In this document: piece after piece, positions 17,338 through 26,866 of the stretch
How the letters are laid out: the number at the start of each line of letters is the position of its first letter
Numbering within the stretch: position 1 is the stretch's first letter
Virus record (IMG/VR): IMGVR_UViG_3300006120_000041
Span: 1-38,806 of that record
DNA from: a virus
Taxonomy: Duplodnaviria; Caudoviricetes
DNA length: 38,806 nucleotides
Strand: one strand, 5' to 3'
Translations under genes and position numbers: made by a program
Notes under the pieces: generated by a model
Told to the model about the DNA's origin: nothing
The model's input: only the letters and a program-made list of their open reading frames with translations
Database searches by the model: none

Positions 17338-19481
17338 GATGCTTTGTATGTGTTGAATAATTTAAACAAACTACGTTCAATTTGAACATTTTCTTCCATG
17401 GTGCTCATGCGCTGACGTTGTCCAGCTATCACAGGTGTGGTTGTTTGACCAGTTGATTTGGGACCATTTAATCCGCCTGAATACTGCATGGCATTAGGAC
17501 TTGATTCTGGATTGGTTGGCCAATCAGGAGCATTTTCTGCCACGTTTTCATCGCAACCACATGGGGCTGATCCGCAGGTTGGACAAGACTCTTCTGGTTG
17601 TTTATGCATACCAGCCAATCGCAACAATTGTGTTAGATTTTCAGCTTCTTCACCTTCGGCACTGACCGTGATACTCTTGTGTGGTTGCCCGTCATCGCCT
17701 TGTGTCATGTTTACACTGACATTCATACCTTCTGTGATCATGCGCTCAACTTGACTGTTGATACCTTCATATACACCTTTGCCAAAACTCATGCCGCCAG
17801 TTTTGGCTTTGCCATTTGTACTTGCAGTCGCTACACTACCAGAACTGGTAGTTTCTTTGACTTTTTTATGTTTTTCATCATACTCAATATCTTTGGTGAC
17901 TTTGCGTCCGGCTCGTTCGGCTTTGTTGTCATCTTTGCCTTTGTGGCCCATGTCATATTCAAGATCTTTGGTTACCTTACGGCCGGCTTTTTCAGCATGT
18001 TGATCACGTTTGTCTGTGCCTTCTTCTTCAACATGTTTAGGCAGGCCTTTTTCTTTGGTGGCTGCAAATTTATGCAATTCGCCTTTTGCCATTTTGGCCA
18101 TTTCTTTAGATGCTCCACGTAGTTTGCTCTGGGGTATTTCACCTTTTTGAGCAGCATGTGCAATACCGGCAGCTCTGCGTTGAGCCTTACTTACTGCACG
18201 TTCTCCCATGGTAATGCCTTCTTCACCAGTTTCATCTTCCACATCACGCTCATGTTGAGTTTGCATGTATTCTGAAGCCGACATTATCATGCCTTTGACC
18301 TGTGCCAGTTTATCTTCTACCCATTCTGGTAAGTTTTCGTTATCACCAAGAATTTTTTCTAATCTTGTGGCTTCTCTGCGAATGGTATGCAGATTGTCTT
18401 TGACCATGTCGCCTTCGCGATCATATTCGCCGCGATCTTCAAGATCGTCTTCGCCTTCTTTGACTTTACGACCACCTTTGTGTTTCCATGCCTTACCAGT
18501 CACACGCTCTGCTTTTTTCTCTGGTCCTTTGGGACGTCCGCGGCCTCTTGGTGCATCATCAGATTTTTTATCATCATCATCGTGATCATGTGACTTAGCA
18601 TGGTGGCGCAAGCCTGTGGCAGTTTTTTCAATTTCGCCACCAGTTGAACTGCGTTTGCGCTCACCAGTTTTCATACCTGAGGTGCTATGAGCACGATGTT
18701 TGACATCTTTCATCATGTCATCCCAGCTTTCATCCATCTCACCTGAATGTTTTTTCTTGATGTTACCAACTGCTGACCTCATGGCATCTGCTGCCACATC
18801 GCCCAACATTTCGTCAACTTCTTTTTTGGCACCAGCAATTTTGTCAGCAAATGTAACTTTGTTTCGGGGAGGTGCAAGTTTGGCAAATTTCTTTAATTGA
18901 GGTGCACTTAGTTTTTCTTCAAGCCCCATAGGATCAGCTTCATACATTGCAGATTCATCATACTTGTCGTATTTGTTACGAACTTTGTCTAAGTCTCGAC
19001 CTTCACGCCCAGCTTTGGCAAGAGCTTTCATACCCTCTTTGCCATATTTCATCATACCTTTGGCGGCACGACTCATACCTTCTTCTTTGACAGGATATGT
19101 CTCACCGCCTACTTTGATTTTTTCGCCAGGCTGAATGCCATCAGCTTTGGCATCACGTACTGCTTTTCCAAAAGCATTACCTTCGTCGGTCATATCTTCT
19201 TTTTTCAACCCTCTTAGTGTTTTGGCTAACACAGCCTGTTTTTTCAGAGTAGGATTCGAACTGTGAGTTGCTTTAGCCAGTTTGCCGGCAGGAATTTTTT
19301 CGCCTTGTGGCACATGCAATGCCTTGTGTAGATCACCTTTGTGAGCAGGGTTTACAGCTTTCTGTATCCACTTTTCACCTTTTTCATTGATAGGACTGTA
19401 ATCCTCATTGAGTTGCCCAGCTTCAGGTTTGGCACGAATGCCATCAAGTTTTTTGTTTAGATCGTAGAAAAAATTGTCCAT
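17334..19481 (-). CDS. Large charged modular protein, probable prohead core or internal polyprotein
   Basis: 715 aa K/E-rich; basic modules separated by hydrophobic-x-E sites; includes an AT-hook (PRGRGRPK), a DUF3008-like segment (AVSKAQRRAAGIA...FAATKEKGLP) and CPTCGSAPCGC. Confidence 0.7.
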   Translation of the reverse strand: MDNFFYDLNKKLDGIRAKPEAGQLNEDYSPINEKGEKWIQKAVNPAHKGDLHKALHVPQGEKIPAGKLAKATHSSNPTLKKQAVLAKTLRGLKKEDMTDEGNAFGKAVRDAKADGIQPGEKIKVGGETYPVKEEGMSRAAKGMMKYGKEGMKALAKAGREGRDLDKVRNKYDKYDESAMYEADPMGLEEKLSAPQLKKFAKLAPPRNKVTFADKIAGAKKEVDEMLGDVAADAMRSAVGNIKKKHSGEMDESWDDMMKDVKHRAHSTSGMKTGERKRSSTGGEIEKTATGLRHHAKSHDHDDDDKKSDDAPRGRGRPKGPEKKAERVTGKAWKHKGGRKVKEGEDDLEDRGEYDREGDMVKDNLHTIRREATRLEKILGDNENLPEWVEDKLAQVKGMIMSASEYMQTQHERDVEDETGEEGITMGERAVSKAQRRAAGIAHAAQKGEIPQSKLRGASKEMAKMAKGELHKFAATKEKGLPKHVEEEGTDKRDQHAEKAGRKVTKDLEYDMGHKGKDDNKAERAGRKVTKDIEYDEKHKKVKETTSSGSVATASTNGKAKTGGMSFGKGVYEGINSQVERMITEGMNVSVNMTQGDDGQPHKSITVSAEGEEAENLTQLLRLAGMHKQPEESCPTCGSAPCGCDENVAENAPDWPTNPESSPNAMQYSGGLNGPKSTGQTTTPVIAGQRQRMSTMEENVQIERSLFKLFNTYKAS

Positions 19482-19485
19482 CTCA

Positions 19486-20094
19486 TTATCCTCTTGGTTG
19501 TGCGCCAGTAGCTGGCTTGGCGGGTCGCTTCATTGTGCTCATTGGGCTTTTGACACCTTGTGGCAAATCATTTGTGGTAGTTGCCTTGGGAGTTTTACCG
19601 CCGGCTACAGTAAAATCACTGCGGTAAGCATTTTTCAATACTGCATGATTGTTGTATTCAGTAGCATAGTCTTTATACAAGGCTTTTTGTTGTTTATCTG
19701 GAGCAGGATAATCTGTGTCTGTCAACAAGTTTTTGTTTTCAGCTTCAATTTTTTCACGTTCCAGATCCATACTGTCTTCATGTGCCGCAGTCAACATGAT
19801 CACACGATTGGGATCAAATCCTAAAATTTGTGCAAGCTGTTTGATCTGAGGTTCAATGGCAGGATATCTGAGTTCTACGTCAACTGAAGTCACACTGTCG
19901 TTTGCAAACGCAGGAAAATCTGCAGGTTTGAGTTGTACCGGTGTTGTTTTTGGTGCAGAAATTCTAACAATATCAAACTGTTGCATTTTTTCTTCTAGAT
20001 TTTTCAAGAAGTCAGGTGGGGTTTCACCCAGCATTTTGATGCGATAGTGATACGTTCTTTGACTTTCCGCTAGATATTCTTTGAACTGTTTCAT
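19486..20094 (-). CDS. Hypothetical protein with capsid-targeting-like N-terminus
   Basis: Starts MKQFKEYLAE; late box upstream. Confidence 0.7.
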   Translation of the reverse strand: MKQFKEYLAESQRTYHYRIKMLGETPPDFLKNLEEKMQQFDIVRISAPKTTPVQLKPADFPAFANDSVTSVDVELRYPAIEPQIKQLAQILGFDPNRVIMLTAAHEDSMDLEREKIEAENKNLLTDTDYPAPDKQQKALYKDYATEYNNHAVLKNAYRSDFTVAGGKTPKATTTNDLPQGVKSPMSTMKRPAKPATGAQPRG

Positions 20095-20111
20095 AATATT
20101 TCCCTATATGA

Positions 20112-20117
20112 TATTTA
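20112..20117 (-). promoter_or_regulatory. T4-late-like box overlapping the upstream TAA stop
   Basis: gcaTAAATA tcatatAGGGaaatatt ATG; heads the 20094-to-13941 gene run. Confidence 0.65.
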
Positions 20118-20594
20118 TGCGTCTTTGATCTTTTGGTCTCTATTGCCGATCAGCCGTTCCAGCAAGTCGTTGCGGCTGAGTATTTGTCCGTGTGCAGTTT
20201 CCACAGGTGTTTCTTCTTCCCGGCCTTGATCCATCTTTGCTTTTTTAAGTTGTAGATCAATCATTTTTAATTTTTTGTTTAGTTTGGCAGTTTTAGCAGT
20301 CAGTGCATGCCCCAACATTTGACTGGCCACTGCAAATATTTCTGCGGAATATCTTGAATCTACATTGAATCCTAGATCCATTAAGTTATCAAATGTGTCT
20401 GTGGCCTTGGTAGCCAATGCATCCATTTCTTCGTCCGACGCATCAAGATTGCGTACCGCAGGCAGTGCAGCATCAATTTTGTCTATGGTGTTGTCTATGT
20501 CTGTTATAGCTGATTGAGTTTGTTCAACAGTGGCAGTTTCTTCAGGTGTTTGTCCTGAGGAAGGTAAGTCAAAAAGTTCTTCAAGTTTTCTCAT
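20115..20594 (-). CDS. Probable terminase small subunit (T4 gp16-like)
   Basis: About 160-aa helical protein; R.AEIF.VA.QML...LK...LQLKK and SRNDLL..L resemble the gp16 pattern; start moved to MRKLEELF. Confidence 0.5.
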   Translation of the reverse strand: MRKLEELFDLPSSGQTPEETATVEQTQSAITDIDNTIDKIDAALPAVRNLDASDEEMDALATKATDTFDNLMDLGFNVDSRYSAEIFAVASQMLGHALTAKTAKLNKKLKMIDLQLKKAKMDQGREEETPVETAHGQILSRNDLLERLIGNRDQKIKDA

Positions 20595-20599
20595 ACCCA

Positions 20600-20605
20600 T
20601 ATTTA
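20600..20605 (-). promoter_or_regulatory. T4-late-like box 5 nt before ATG
   Basis: gTAAATA tgggt ATG. Confidence 0.55.
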
Positions 20606-20621
20606 CCGTGGGCAATCAACC

Positions 20622-21059
20622 TTATCTTTTCTTGCCGCCTTGATGAAACATGTCGTCTTCGGTAATCACACGGAACACAAGCCCATTGCGTCTGCACCAC
20701 TTGGTGGCCTGATCCCATTTGGCATAGTTGACTGCCACAACTGCACGGTCTCTGGCATTGGCTTTGCTTTCCAATATGCTTTGTTTTTTGGGTTTTATTT
20801 CAATTACCTCAGCTTTCATTATATTATCTTTGGTGCGATAAGTTATCAAAAAGTCAGGAATGTAAATGCTTTGCTTGCCGGTAATAGGATTACGATAAGG
20901 AATTGATATACTTTCGCTGGCCCATTGCAATATGTTATCATTGGTGTCAAGAAAATGCATAAAACTCATTTCCCAACCTGAACGAAATCGTGGTGTGTTT
21001 TTGCCCACATACTTGTCAGGATTTTGAACTTGGTAAGTGCCTTGACGGTAATTGGCCAT
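20622..21059 (-). CDS. 4: Head completion nuclease (T4 gp4-like, TnsA/PD-(D/E)xK fold)
   Basis: NPDKYVG, RSGWE..FM..LD.N.NI.QWASE.I.IPY, YIPDF, IEIKP, N.AKW..A..WC, F.VITE. Confidence 0.9.
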   Translation of the reverse strand: MANYRQGTYQVQNPDKYVGKNTPRFRSGWEMSFMHFLDTNDNILQWASESISIPYRNPITGKQSIYIPDFLITYRTKDNIMKAEVIEIKPKKQSILESKANARDRAVVAVNYAKWDQATKWCRRNGLVFRVITEDDMFHQGGKKR

Positions 21060-21064
21060 GATAG

Positions 21065-21424
21065 TTAAGCTTGAATATTTCTGGCCACGTAGTAGTTAGG
21101 GATGCTGGGCACATTCACACCCAACAAGGTAGCGGGACTTCTCAGACCGTTGAGATAGTAAGTCAGTGTCAGTGTCAACTGGGGCTGACTTTGTCCTTGT
21201 ATTTGTTGCAACAGTGTGAGCACAGGTATTTTTGATTGTGCTGCAATTCTGAATAGTGTTACTGTAAAATTACCAGCTGCATCAGTGGTCCCAAACACAC
21301 TACGAAAATAACTGTTGACCACATCGTATTCATCTGCCGGCACATTTTGTGAAAAACTATAAAAACTATCAAACACACGCACTGATAGATCAGTGTTGGT
21401 ATTTATTGCATTAACTGATCCCAT
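21065..21424 (-). CDS. Hypothetical protein in the tail cluster
   Basis: 119 aa, contiguous with the tube-like gene and gp4. Confidence 0.7.
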   Translation of the reverse strand: MGSVNAINTNTDLSVRVFDSFYSFSQNVPADEYDVVNSYFRSVFGTTDAAGNFTVTLFRIAAQSKIPVLTLLQQIQGQSQPQLTLTLTYYLNGLRSPATLLGVNVPSIPNYYVARNIQA

Positions 21425-21426
21425 GA

Positions 21427-22665
21427 TTAACCTGCTCCTCCTGCTCCGCCAGGCCCACCAGGATTGGCAGGATCAATGGTTAAATTTGTTGTTCCGCCAA
21501 ACTGATCAGTGACCGGCAGTGGAGGCCCTGGAAAAAATGCTCCGCCACCTGAGTTTTGTATCTGTTGAATTTGTCCTGGTAAACTACCTTGTAATGTGCT
21601 TTGTGAATTATCGTATGTGGTAGTTGATACTAAACTAGGATACGGTTGATAAGTGTTGATGTTGACTCCTGCAGCCTGTACTGCACCTGACACATTTTGT
21701 AAACCATTGAATCCAGATGTCATTGCCTGTAAATCTTGAATATCGCCTGTGGTAGCAACAATACCGCCTTGTGCAAACACAGTATTGGTAGTACCTGCTC
21801 TTGTGATATCGCTAGGTTCAATGTCGTAATTTCCAGGATTAGCAAAAGTTGGAATTGTTTCACTTGGAGTTTGCCCTCCAATGGCTCCAGAGTAGTACTT
21901 GACAGTTTCATAACGTATGGTCATGGTGTGTTGCACTGTTCCGTTACCTTGACTGTAATCATATGTATCATGTTGCCATCCAGTTATTATTGGATTGATC
22001 AGTGTATACTGTGCAAATTGTTTGTTGGCCATTCCGTAGATAGTTATATCGTTAAAGAACGGAGGCTTGCTGCCAGTGGTATTGGCAGTGGTTTGACTAG
22101 AGTTATTGTAAGTTTCACCAATGTATCCCCAATCGCTAACTACTCTGGAAGCATTGTATATGTCGTTGGTATTGTACCCAAACCCATTGCCTATTGTGGC
22201 CGATTGTCCAGAAGTTCCTGGTAGATTTGGTGTGTTGTTGTAGCCTTGTGTTGGGTCCGCATAGTAATAACTGTAGTAGTTGTACCACATAGTGCGTATC
22301 AAATCACTGGTATCATCATGAAAGGTCAATGATACTGGTTCATAATTGATTTTGGTTTGCACAAGACGTTTACGATTGTATTGATTCATCACCTCAACAT
22401 CAAACTGATAGTTGGGCAACTGTGCTGTCTTGACTAACACACTGACACTGTCTAAATTACCATCACTGAATAAATTTCTCAGTGCAGGTATACCAGCTGT
22501 ATTGATATTGAATTGCACATGGAATAGATATTTGACCCTGGGCGCCAAGGCATAGTTGTCAGTTCTAAAAACCTTAGAAGCGTGACGATAGTCTTTTAAG
22601 AAGCCGTAGTTACCTGTGACTCCTTCAACAAAACCTTTAAGCAGGTCTTGAGCAAAACCTGCCAT
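21427..22665 (-). CDS. Tail-tube-fold protein (tube initiator or baseplate, gp54/gp48-like)
   Basis: KYLFHVQF, VKTAQLP, Y.PVSLTFHDD, TL.NP.I..W..D..DY, ..MTIRYE parallel the adjacent tube protein. Confidence 0.65.
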   Translation of the reverse strand: MAGFAQDLLKGFVEGVTGNYGFLKDYRHASKVFRTDNYALAPRVKYLFHVQFNINTAGIPALRNLFSDGNLDSVSVLVKTAQLPNYQFDVEVMNQYNRKRLVQTKINYEPVSLTFHDDTSDLIRTMWYNYYSYYYADPTQGYNNTPNLPGTSGQSATIGNGFGYNTNDIYNASRVVSDWGYIGETYNNSSQTTANTTGSKPPFFNDITIYGMANKQFAQYTLINPIITGWQHDTYDYSQGNGTVQHTMTIRYETVKYYSGAIGGQTPSETIPTFANPGNYDIEPSDITRAGTTNTVFAQGGIVATTGDIQDLQAMTSGFNGLQNVSGAVQAAGVNINTYQPYPSLVSTTTYDNSQSTLQGSLPGQIQQIQNSGGGAFFPGPPLPVTDQFGGTTNLTIDPANPGGPGGAGGAG

Positions 22666-22668
22666 AGA

Positions 22669-23298
22669 TTAGCCGCCGATGCTGGTTGCTACATCGCCCA
22701 GAGTTCTACCAACAAACAAGCCAACACCACCACCACCTTGTGTGCCTTGGATTGCATTGTCAAATCTAATTGTCATTGAAATAGTTGCAGCTTCGTTGGT
22801 ACCGTAGTTAAAATCGTTGTAGTTGACGCCTTGTAGATAGCATCCTAGCAGACTCCAGGATTCAAGTGGTACAGGAGCATTTGCACCGTTGCCACCATCC
22901 AGCACTTCAAAGTAGGTCAAGAACTTGTAGTCAATACCAGATGCTGCAGAACTCATTTCTGCAAAATCCAATTGTTTCTGCAGTTGCTCGCCAATGAGTT
23001 TGCTGACTTGGCCATCTGCACTGTCGCGAACGTTGCATGTGACATCTGCCCAGGAATATTTTCCAGCCAGTTTGATAGTGCTGTTGTACACTGGCAAATC
23101 AATATTTTCAAAAGTAACATTGGGTCTTGTAAAATCTACCACTTGTTTGGTAATATCTGTTACTGTGCCGCTGACTCCAAGATTCTGAAATGAGACTCTA
23201 AATCTATATTTCAGTTTGGGCATTATCAAGCCCTGTGTTGGACTGCTCTGATCGTTGGCCAGAGGCACTGTCATTTTTGTTAGTGATGATGTAGCCAT
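22669..23298 (-). CDS. 19: Tail tube protein (T4 gp19-like)
   Basis: PKLKYRFRV, RPNV.F, AGK.SW, W.L.GCY..., ISMTIRFDNA; directly downstream of the sheath. Confidence 0.85.
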   Translation of the reverse strand: MATSSLTKMTVPLANDQSSPTQGLIMPKLKYRFRVSFQNLGVSGTVTDITKQVVDFTRPNVTFENIDLPVYNSTIKLAGKYSWADVTCNVRDSADGQVSKLIGEQLQKQLDFAEMSSAASGIDYKFLTYFEVLDGGNGANAPVPLESWSLLGCYLQGVNYNDFNYGTNEAATISMTIRFDNAIQGTQGGGGVGLFVGRTLGDVATSIGG

Positions 23299-23322
23299 TT
23301 GTGTTCTATCTCCTGATACGTT

Positions 23323-23328
23323 TATTTA
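23323..23328 (-). promoter_or_regulatory. T4-late-like box for the tail tube gene
   Basis: caTAAATA aacgtatcAGGAGatagaacacaa ATG. Confidence 0.7.
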
Positions 23329-23332
23329 TGGT

Positions 23333-23362
23333 AAAAAGGTCGGGTAATTTTTACCCGACTTT
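23333..23362 (-). terminator. Intrinsic terminator after the tail sheath gene
   Basis: Minus strand GTCGGGTAA-aaa-TTACCCGAC followed by CTTTTT. Confidence 0.8.
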
Positions 23363-23363
23363 C

Positions 23364-26300
23364 TTAGGCTGTTGTTTGTGCAGCAATGGTTCCTGTGTTC
23401 TGTATACGCAATGGTATATAGATGAATTCGATTGCTTTGACTGGTTCAATTGCAATATCTACATATAACTCATTGGCATCAATTGTAGCAGGAGTGTTGT
23501 TAGAAAGATCACAAACAACCAAATAATCATAGATACCACGCTTGTTTACAAGATCAATCATCAAGCTAGTCACTGAGTTAGTAATCTGTGAACGAGTAAT
23601 TGCATCGTTGGGTTCAAACAAATAGTTATTACCAATTTGTTGTAGTCTACCACGCAAATATGCCACTAAACGTGCAACGTTGATACGATCTAGTGCAGTT
23701 GCAGTGCCTTGCAACGTATGATTACCAAAGTTGGTAATACCCACGCCAGGAATAAATGTAATAGGATTAATATCGTGTTGATACAATATGTCACGTAATC
23801 CTTGATTTATTGTGTCGCGAGTGTATGTACCAGTAGTCGCATCAATATATCCTAAACTAAAAGCATTGTCTACGACACCACGACGTGTGCCAGCAGGTGC
23901 CAGCCAAGGATAGCTCACACTGTCACTGCGAATAATTGTACGTACCATCATGTGGCTCGGCGGTTGTACCACTGTATTACCGCTTAGATCGCTTGTTTGG
24001 CAACTGGGATAGAATGTGGCAGAGTATGAACTATTGGTCAACAATCCATCGCCGGTAACTACACCTAGTCCGCTATTGTTAGTAGACCATGTTACTACAT
24101 CTGTAGGGCTCAAACGCAATGGCGTGTCTACTACCACAAACGCAGTATCATTTCTATCATCATTTAGTGCTACCATGTTAGGAGCCAATTCTGGATACTG
24201 AGGACATGCAATCAAATTAAACACATTTTGATTTTCACGTATTGTAGTGTTTGAATCAATCGCACTCTTTAGTGCAGCTACAATGATTTGACGTTGTGCT
24301 TGTCTTCCCATATAAGGAGATCCGTCAACACGCAATCCACTGGCAGTATTCCAGGTATTGTTATTGGTGATTTGACTCCAGTAAGCAGATACTGAAGAAG
24401 GAGTATGATTAGTACCAGCTTCCATACATACATATACTATGTTATCGTAAATCACACGATCGCCAATAGCATAGGCTGTAGTAGAACTCCAATTATAGGC
24501 TGGATACGCTCCAAGATTCCAAGCATCGTACTCAAATGATTTTACATTATATCCAGATCTTCGTAGATTAAACAACAATGTTCCTTGTGGATACAATGCA
24601 GGATTTGGTGCGTCAGGGTCAAGATAGTTGCTGGTCAACAAGCTAACAATGCTAGGTATTGGATCACTAACTGGGTCCGTTGTTCCGTTTGGTGCCCAAC
24701 GTGCATCAGCAAATAAAATACCATTTTCTGTTGTATGGTCAGCATTGTTGATTGTCACCCATTGATCTTGACCGTTGACATTTTGCCAGCGATTTATCAC
24801 TGGATAAAGTTCTAAGTCGCTGGTGTCTATCCATAAATCACCATACACCAATGGACTCATTGCAGTGTTATTCTGCGTAGTTGGTGCAGTAGGACTAATT
24901 TGTGGGCCAGTGGCATTAGTTGTAGAAAGAGGATAATTCCTTACATCATAGTCACAATTCTGATATCCTACCCATTGTCCTTCATACTGAATCATAATAT
25001 CAGCTTGATCTACTGCACTATAATACCAATAACGTCCAGTGGCAGGATTTTGATCAGGTGCAACGTTACTAGCAGTGTATGTGAAAGTAGGCGACCCTAC
25101 CCAGTTGCTAAGGATCAATGCTGACGAATTTACGTTGGCATATCTTACTCCAACGCAGTTTGTATTGAATCCTGCAGTGGTTAAAGGAGTTCCAGATGTA
25201 TTTAACAATGCAATGTCACCGCCAAGTGTATGTGTGAATACCAAGGCCCCACTGCTATTAATACTACATGAAACATATGGTACTGCTGCAGCACTCACTG
25301 CTGCAACAAAGTCACTTGCAGCCGTTCCTGCAAGAGTTGCAGTATGACTGATTGTGTTAGCAGTTCCTGGTTGTGTTGCAGTTATAGTAAAAGAATTACC
25401 ACTGGTAAATGGCCCTGGACTTGAATTATTAGCGGTAATAACAGTCGGTCCAGTTGTTAATCTTTCAAGAATTAAAAAACCAGATGTGCCGCCTTGGCTG
25501 CCATCTAATCCAGTATAATATGGATTAACTTCAGCATATGTAGTACCGGCTGGAATATTGGCTCCGCCACCTGATGGATCCAACCCGTACAGTGCATTGG
25601 CATCACCATAAAACACAGGGCAAGGTTGTGTCACAAATGTACCTAATGTACTATTATATTTTTTAATTATAATATTGGTACCTAAATTTACATTATTAAT
25701 TTTTTGCCAAACAGAACCAGTGGGTTCAGGTTGACTTGCAGTGTCTCTCCAATTTGGAGCAGTGTAGTTAGGGCTTGCCAAATATGCAGGAGCATTATAT
25801 GTGCCTGCAGTAATACCTAATGTAGCTAACGGTGTTCCTGTTCCGTTTGCAATTGTCACAGTCCCAGTCATAGACGCTGCACTGCTATTAGCATAAATTT
25901 GCAACTGATTGTTGATGTGTGCAGAGTAAACACCAGTGATGGCTGCTGAATTTATTTGAGCCGATACACTCGCAACCGTGGTTCCAGAGAATGTAATTGT
26001 GCTACCATTAATTACAATGCTATTGCCCACAGTTAACGTAGGGCCAGTAGCGGTTCCTTGCACAGTAGGCCATGCAGTCATCCATTCGTTGCTGCCTACC
26101 AACACCCAAGTGTTGTAGTAATCGCTAAGATCAGTTGCAGTGGTTTGGCTAGTGGTAGGTCCGCCACGTTTGTAGTAGCCAGGAAGGGTAGTACTGGTCG
26201 CAGTTATTGCATAGTTGCCAATACTGCCAAAACTTTGCAATGGCACAGTGGACATAGATTCAAGATCAGCAGTATTAGTTATAACTGTTGGAATTTGATT

Positions 26301-26771
26301 TGTAAATGCACCGGTAACTTGGTTCCATTCAAAAATTCCCCATTGACTATTGACTGTGTCCAACCAATATGTGCCGTTAGGTGGCGAACCAACAGGTCTA
26401 ACCAAAGATGCAGTCAGTTGCGATAAATCAACATCAGCACGCTGAACATAACATTGATTAGTAACTCCTAATGCTGAATAAGCGGCCAATAATCCATATT
26501 CATTGAGTTCGTAGCCGTCAATTGGAGTTCCTGCTGCAGTGTTATAAAAGAACGGAACTCCGTATGTGCTCAACAAATCTCGTTGACTTGTAATCAAAAA
26601 TGTTTCATTTGCAGTTGCAGCAGTAGTACCTACTGCTATACCTGTTCCTGCACCTGATACTTTATTTGACGCAGTGGCCAATAAAATAAATGGAACAGAA
26701 TTGGTTGCAGCTGGTATATAATTGCTTTGATCAATTACTGTAACTTGTACGCCGGGTGATAGTAGAGCCAT
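23364..26771 (-). CDS. 18: Tail sheath protein (T4 gp18-like) with large insertions
   Basis: LSPGVQVTVID N-terminus; PWLAPAG.RRG, LY...INPI, ALDRINVARL, LFEPND, VVCD..NN.P..ID.NEL.VDI.I.P.K.IEFIYI. Confidence 0.95.
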   Translation of the reverse strand: MALLSPGVQVTVIDQSNYIPAATNSVPFILLATASNKVSGAGTGIAVGTTAATANETFLITSQRDLLSTYGVPFFYNTAAGTPIDGYELNEYGLLAAYSALGVTNQCYVQRADVDLSQLTASLVRPVGSPPNGTYWLDTVNSQWGIFEWNQVTGAFTNQIPTVITNTADLESMSTVPLQSFGSIGNYAITATSTTLPGYYKRGGPTTSQTTATDLSDYYNTWVLVGSNEWMTAWPTVQGTATGPTLTVGNSIVINGSTITFSGTTVASVSAQINSAAITGVYSAHINNQLQIYANSSAASMTGTVTIANGTGTPLATLGITAGTYNAPAYLASPNYTAPNWRDTASQPEPTGSVWQKINNVNLGTNIIIKKYNSTLGTFVTQPCPVFYGDANALYGLDPSGGGANIPAGTTYAEVNPYYTGLDGSQGGTSGFLILERLTTGPTVITANNSSPGPFTSGNSFTITATQPGTANTISHTATLAGTAASDFVAAVSAAAVPYVSCSINSSGALVFTHTLGGDIALLNTSGTPLTTAGFNTNCVGVRYANVNSSALILSNWVGSPTFTYTASNVAPDQNPATGRYWYYSAVDQADIMIQYEGQWVGYQNCDYDVRNYPLSTTNATGPQISPTAPTTQNNTAMSPLVYGDLWIDTSDLELYPVINRWQNVNGQDQWVTINNADHTTENGILFADARWAPNGTTDPVSDPIPSIVSLLTSNYLDPDAPNPALYPQGTLLFNLRRSGYNVKSFEYDAWNLGAYPAYNWSSTTAYAIGDRVIYDNIVYVCMEAGTNHTPSSVSAYWSQITNNNTWNTASGLRVDGSPYMGRQAQRQIIVAALKSAIDSNTTIRENQNVFNLIACPQYPELAPNMVALNDDRNDTAFVVVDTPLRLSPTDVVTWSTNNSGLGVVTGDGLLTNSSYSATFYPSCQTSDLSGNTVVQPPSHMMVRTIIRSDSVSYPWLAPAGTRRGVVDNAFSLGYIDATTGTYTRDTINQGLRDILYQHDINPITFIPGVGITNFGNHTLQGTATALDRINVARLVAYLRGRLQQIGNNYLFEPNDAITRSQITNSVTSLMIDLVNKRGIYDYLVVCDLSNNTPATIDANELYVDIAIEPVKAIEFIYIPLRIQNTGTIAAQTTA

Positions 26772-26796
26772 GTCAAAATCCTTTTTCAGTTACAGA

Positions 26797-26802
26797 TATT
26801 TA
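26797..26802 (-). promoter_or_regulatory. T4-late-like box for the sheath gene
   Basis: cTAAATA tctgtaactgaaaAAGGAttttgac ATG. Confidence 0.7.
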
Positions 26803-26856
26803 GCAAGAATTAATAAAAGAACCCAAGATCACAACCCTACTTAGTAGGTTCAATAA

Positions 26857-26862
26857 TAAATA
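26857..26862 (+). promoter_or_regulatory. T4-late-like box 4 nt before the HNH gene ATG (divergent from the sheath gene)
   Basis: aaTAAATA atca ATG. Confidence 0.5.
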
Positions 26863-26866
26863 ATCA

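Noticed and set aside
20622-21059. TnsA transposase of a Tn7-like element
   Set aside because: Sequence and context fit the T4 gp4 head-completion nuclease; no other transposon genes or ends are present.
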